This document shows positions 62,121 to 64,000 of a stretch of DNA of 64,000 nucleotides, in pieces. The notes beneath the pieces were generated by a model. That model was not told the DNA's origin. It was given only the letters and a program-made list of their open reading frames with translations, and made no database searches. The stretch is from Camelus ferus (Eukaryota): assembly GCF_009834535.1 (NCBI RefSeq), contig NC_045696.1:90708001-90772000 (forward strand). Reading direction: 5' to 3'. Each line of letters opens with the position of its first letter. The stretch's first letter is position 1. Both the position numbers and the translations under genes were made by a program.

Positions 62121-64000
62121 CATTCTAACTCATGCAAGTTAGTTTCCTACTGAAACATTCACCTGACTCCACTGTAATTATTTATATATCTGCCCTTCTA
62201 CATATTTGCTACATTCATAGAATCTCCAAGTAGCACTGACCTGCCACTATGTCCCTATTACCTAAAGTAGTACTTGACAAACAGAAGGAATTCAAATATT
62301 GTTGACTGAATAAGTGAACAAATGAATGAATGAGCATATCTGATCAATAACCAATAAATATTTATTAACAACTAACATATATATGAGGAATTCTGAGTGT
62401 TAAAAAAGAGTATGACACATTCTCTGTCCTGAATGGTTTAAAAATCAGGTTTACAAAATAAACATGTTAAGCCATAAAATATATATATATGCTATTTCTG
62501 GAGCAAAGCAGGGTGCATCTGTCATATATAAATACTACCATGTTAAATGTATACAATGACACAGCCCCTACCCAAAATCCTAATGTTAGATTGTACCAAA
62601 AGGTATGAATTTGTGTTGTCAGCACTAACCAGAAGAGACGGCACATTGACATAACACTACCCTGTACTATGACCCACAAAAACCATGAAGATGACTGAAG
62701 CAGGCTACTTACAGCTTTTCTGGCCTCAGTACTTGGGGCCCTTCCACTGACACTGTCTATTTTGACTTTGTTCATTGACTTTGTTGAGAATTAAGAAGTA
62801 ATGACAAATACAACATTATTATCTTGTGAACCTGTCATCCAGGAATCAGTCCCTTGAATACAATCAACTCTGAGTGATGGAAGAATCTAACCTGTAAAAA
62901 AGCTGGTTCAGAACTTCAAGAGTAATGTCACCATATGAGACCCTTTCCTGAAACTACCCAACCTCTCTTTTTATTCATGTTCTCATTTTTCTTACCTTTA
63001 AAATCACCCAGCTAATGCTCTATGTAATATCAACTTTACACAACTGTGTAAATATTCTAAAAATGTAAAATTTAGTGAAGTAGAAAGCAAAAATTTAATG
63101 ACCAGTAAAAATCAGTCACTTCACATAGTTATGTAATACTGAAATGTAAACCAAAAGGAGGAGGGAAAGAAAGAAACAAGGAGTATCTCCTTGACTGACA
63201 TAATTTACTTGTCCTCTTAGTCCATATTTTTCAGTCTCAGAAACCTACTCTATATCCCCTGTTCAAATCTACCACCCTCCTTTCTCCTTTTATCAACAGA
63301 TATCCCCCATACCCTCTCTGATCCTCATTCCATTCTACCAATTCAGGCTAAGTCAGCCTCCCTATCCTTAAAACCAGATATCCAACCCTATCTCCTCTCC
63401 TGTAATATTTGACAATCCTTAGAACTAGAAAAAGACAGAATTCAGAATTTTGCAGGACCACAAGTGCTCAATGCGCATTAATGGTTGTAGGGTGGTCAGG
63501 GAAAAGAAAGTCTCATAAAGTTATATTCTTCCAAAATCCACCACAAATTTATCATTTCAAAGAATACATAAAAGCCAAGAATCTGGGCGGTTCTATATAA
63601 TATCACTATAAATCTGGATAAAAAATTAACACATAGACAACAGTGAAAAAGAGAGGGATAAGAAGAGTTCCATATCCTTCAATAAACTAAATTCTTCACA
63701 GGCTCAAGATCTCAAGAAACCATATCCAAGATATTGGTAAGCTCTTCAATTTAACACTGAAAAATGATACACTAAAGATAAACACTTTTGTATTGAAGTA
63801 TTAAAGTGAACATACCTAAGATGTTGAAAGGCTGAAAAAAGAGGATAAATTCCAAGATGTTCTACTTCATAGAAGCTGCAATTTAAGCTACTAAACAAGA
63901 TTCTGTTTCATTTTAACATCTTCTAATTTAATAAACAGTTATGAGTGGACTTCAAGCTCCAAATTGGACAGAGTCAGGATAACTGTTTCAATTATATCAA

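Overview
AT-rich, repeat-dense mammalian genomic DNA. A tRNA-Ala-derived Vic-1-type SINE points to a camelid (alpaca, llama or camel). I recognise no host protein-coding exon: every convincing ORF is LINE-1 (L1) derived, and the other ORFs in the track are short and probably incidental. Roughly half the window is transposon fossils: L1 of several ages, L2, MIR, MLT1, an ERV1 solo LTR, and the DNA transposons Cheshire/MER58, MER94, MER104 and MER8. Three related, comparatively young L1 insertions have target-site duplications (TSDs). (1) 9421-12295 is an ORF1-only 'half-L1'-like element with a 5'UTR, ORF1 and 3' tail but almost no ORF2. (2) 33271-39943 is a near-full-length L1 with a CpG-rich promoter, an intact ORF1 and a disabled, internally deleted ORF2. 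(3) 56906-57604 is a 5'-truncated copy whose truncation point falls within about 4 nt of where element (1) resumes after its ORF2 deletion. Most L1s lie on the + strand, which suggests the window is inside a long intron of a minus-strand gene; several minus-strand cryptic-exon and AG|GT sites are flagged. Subfamily names come from recalled consensus sequences by eye, and fossil boundaries are approximate.
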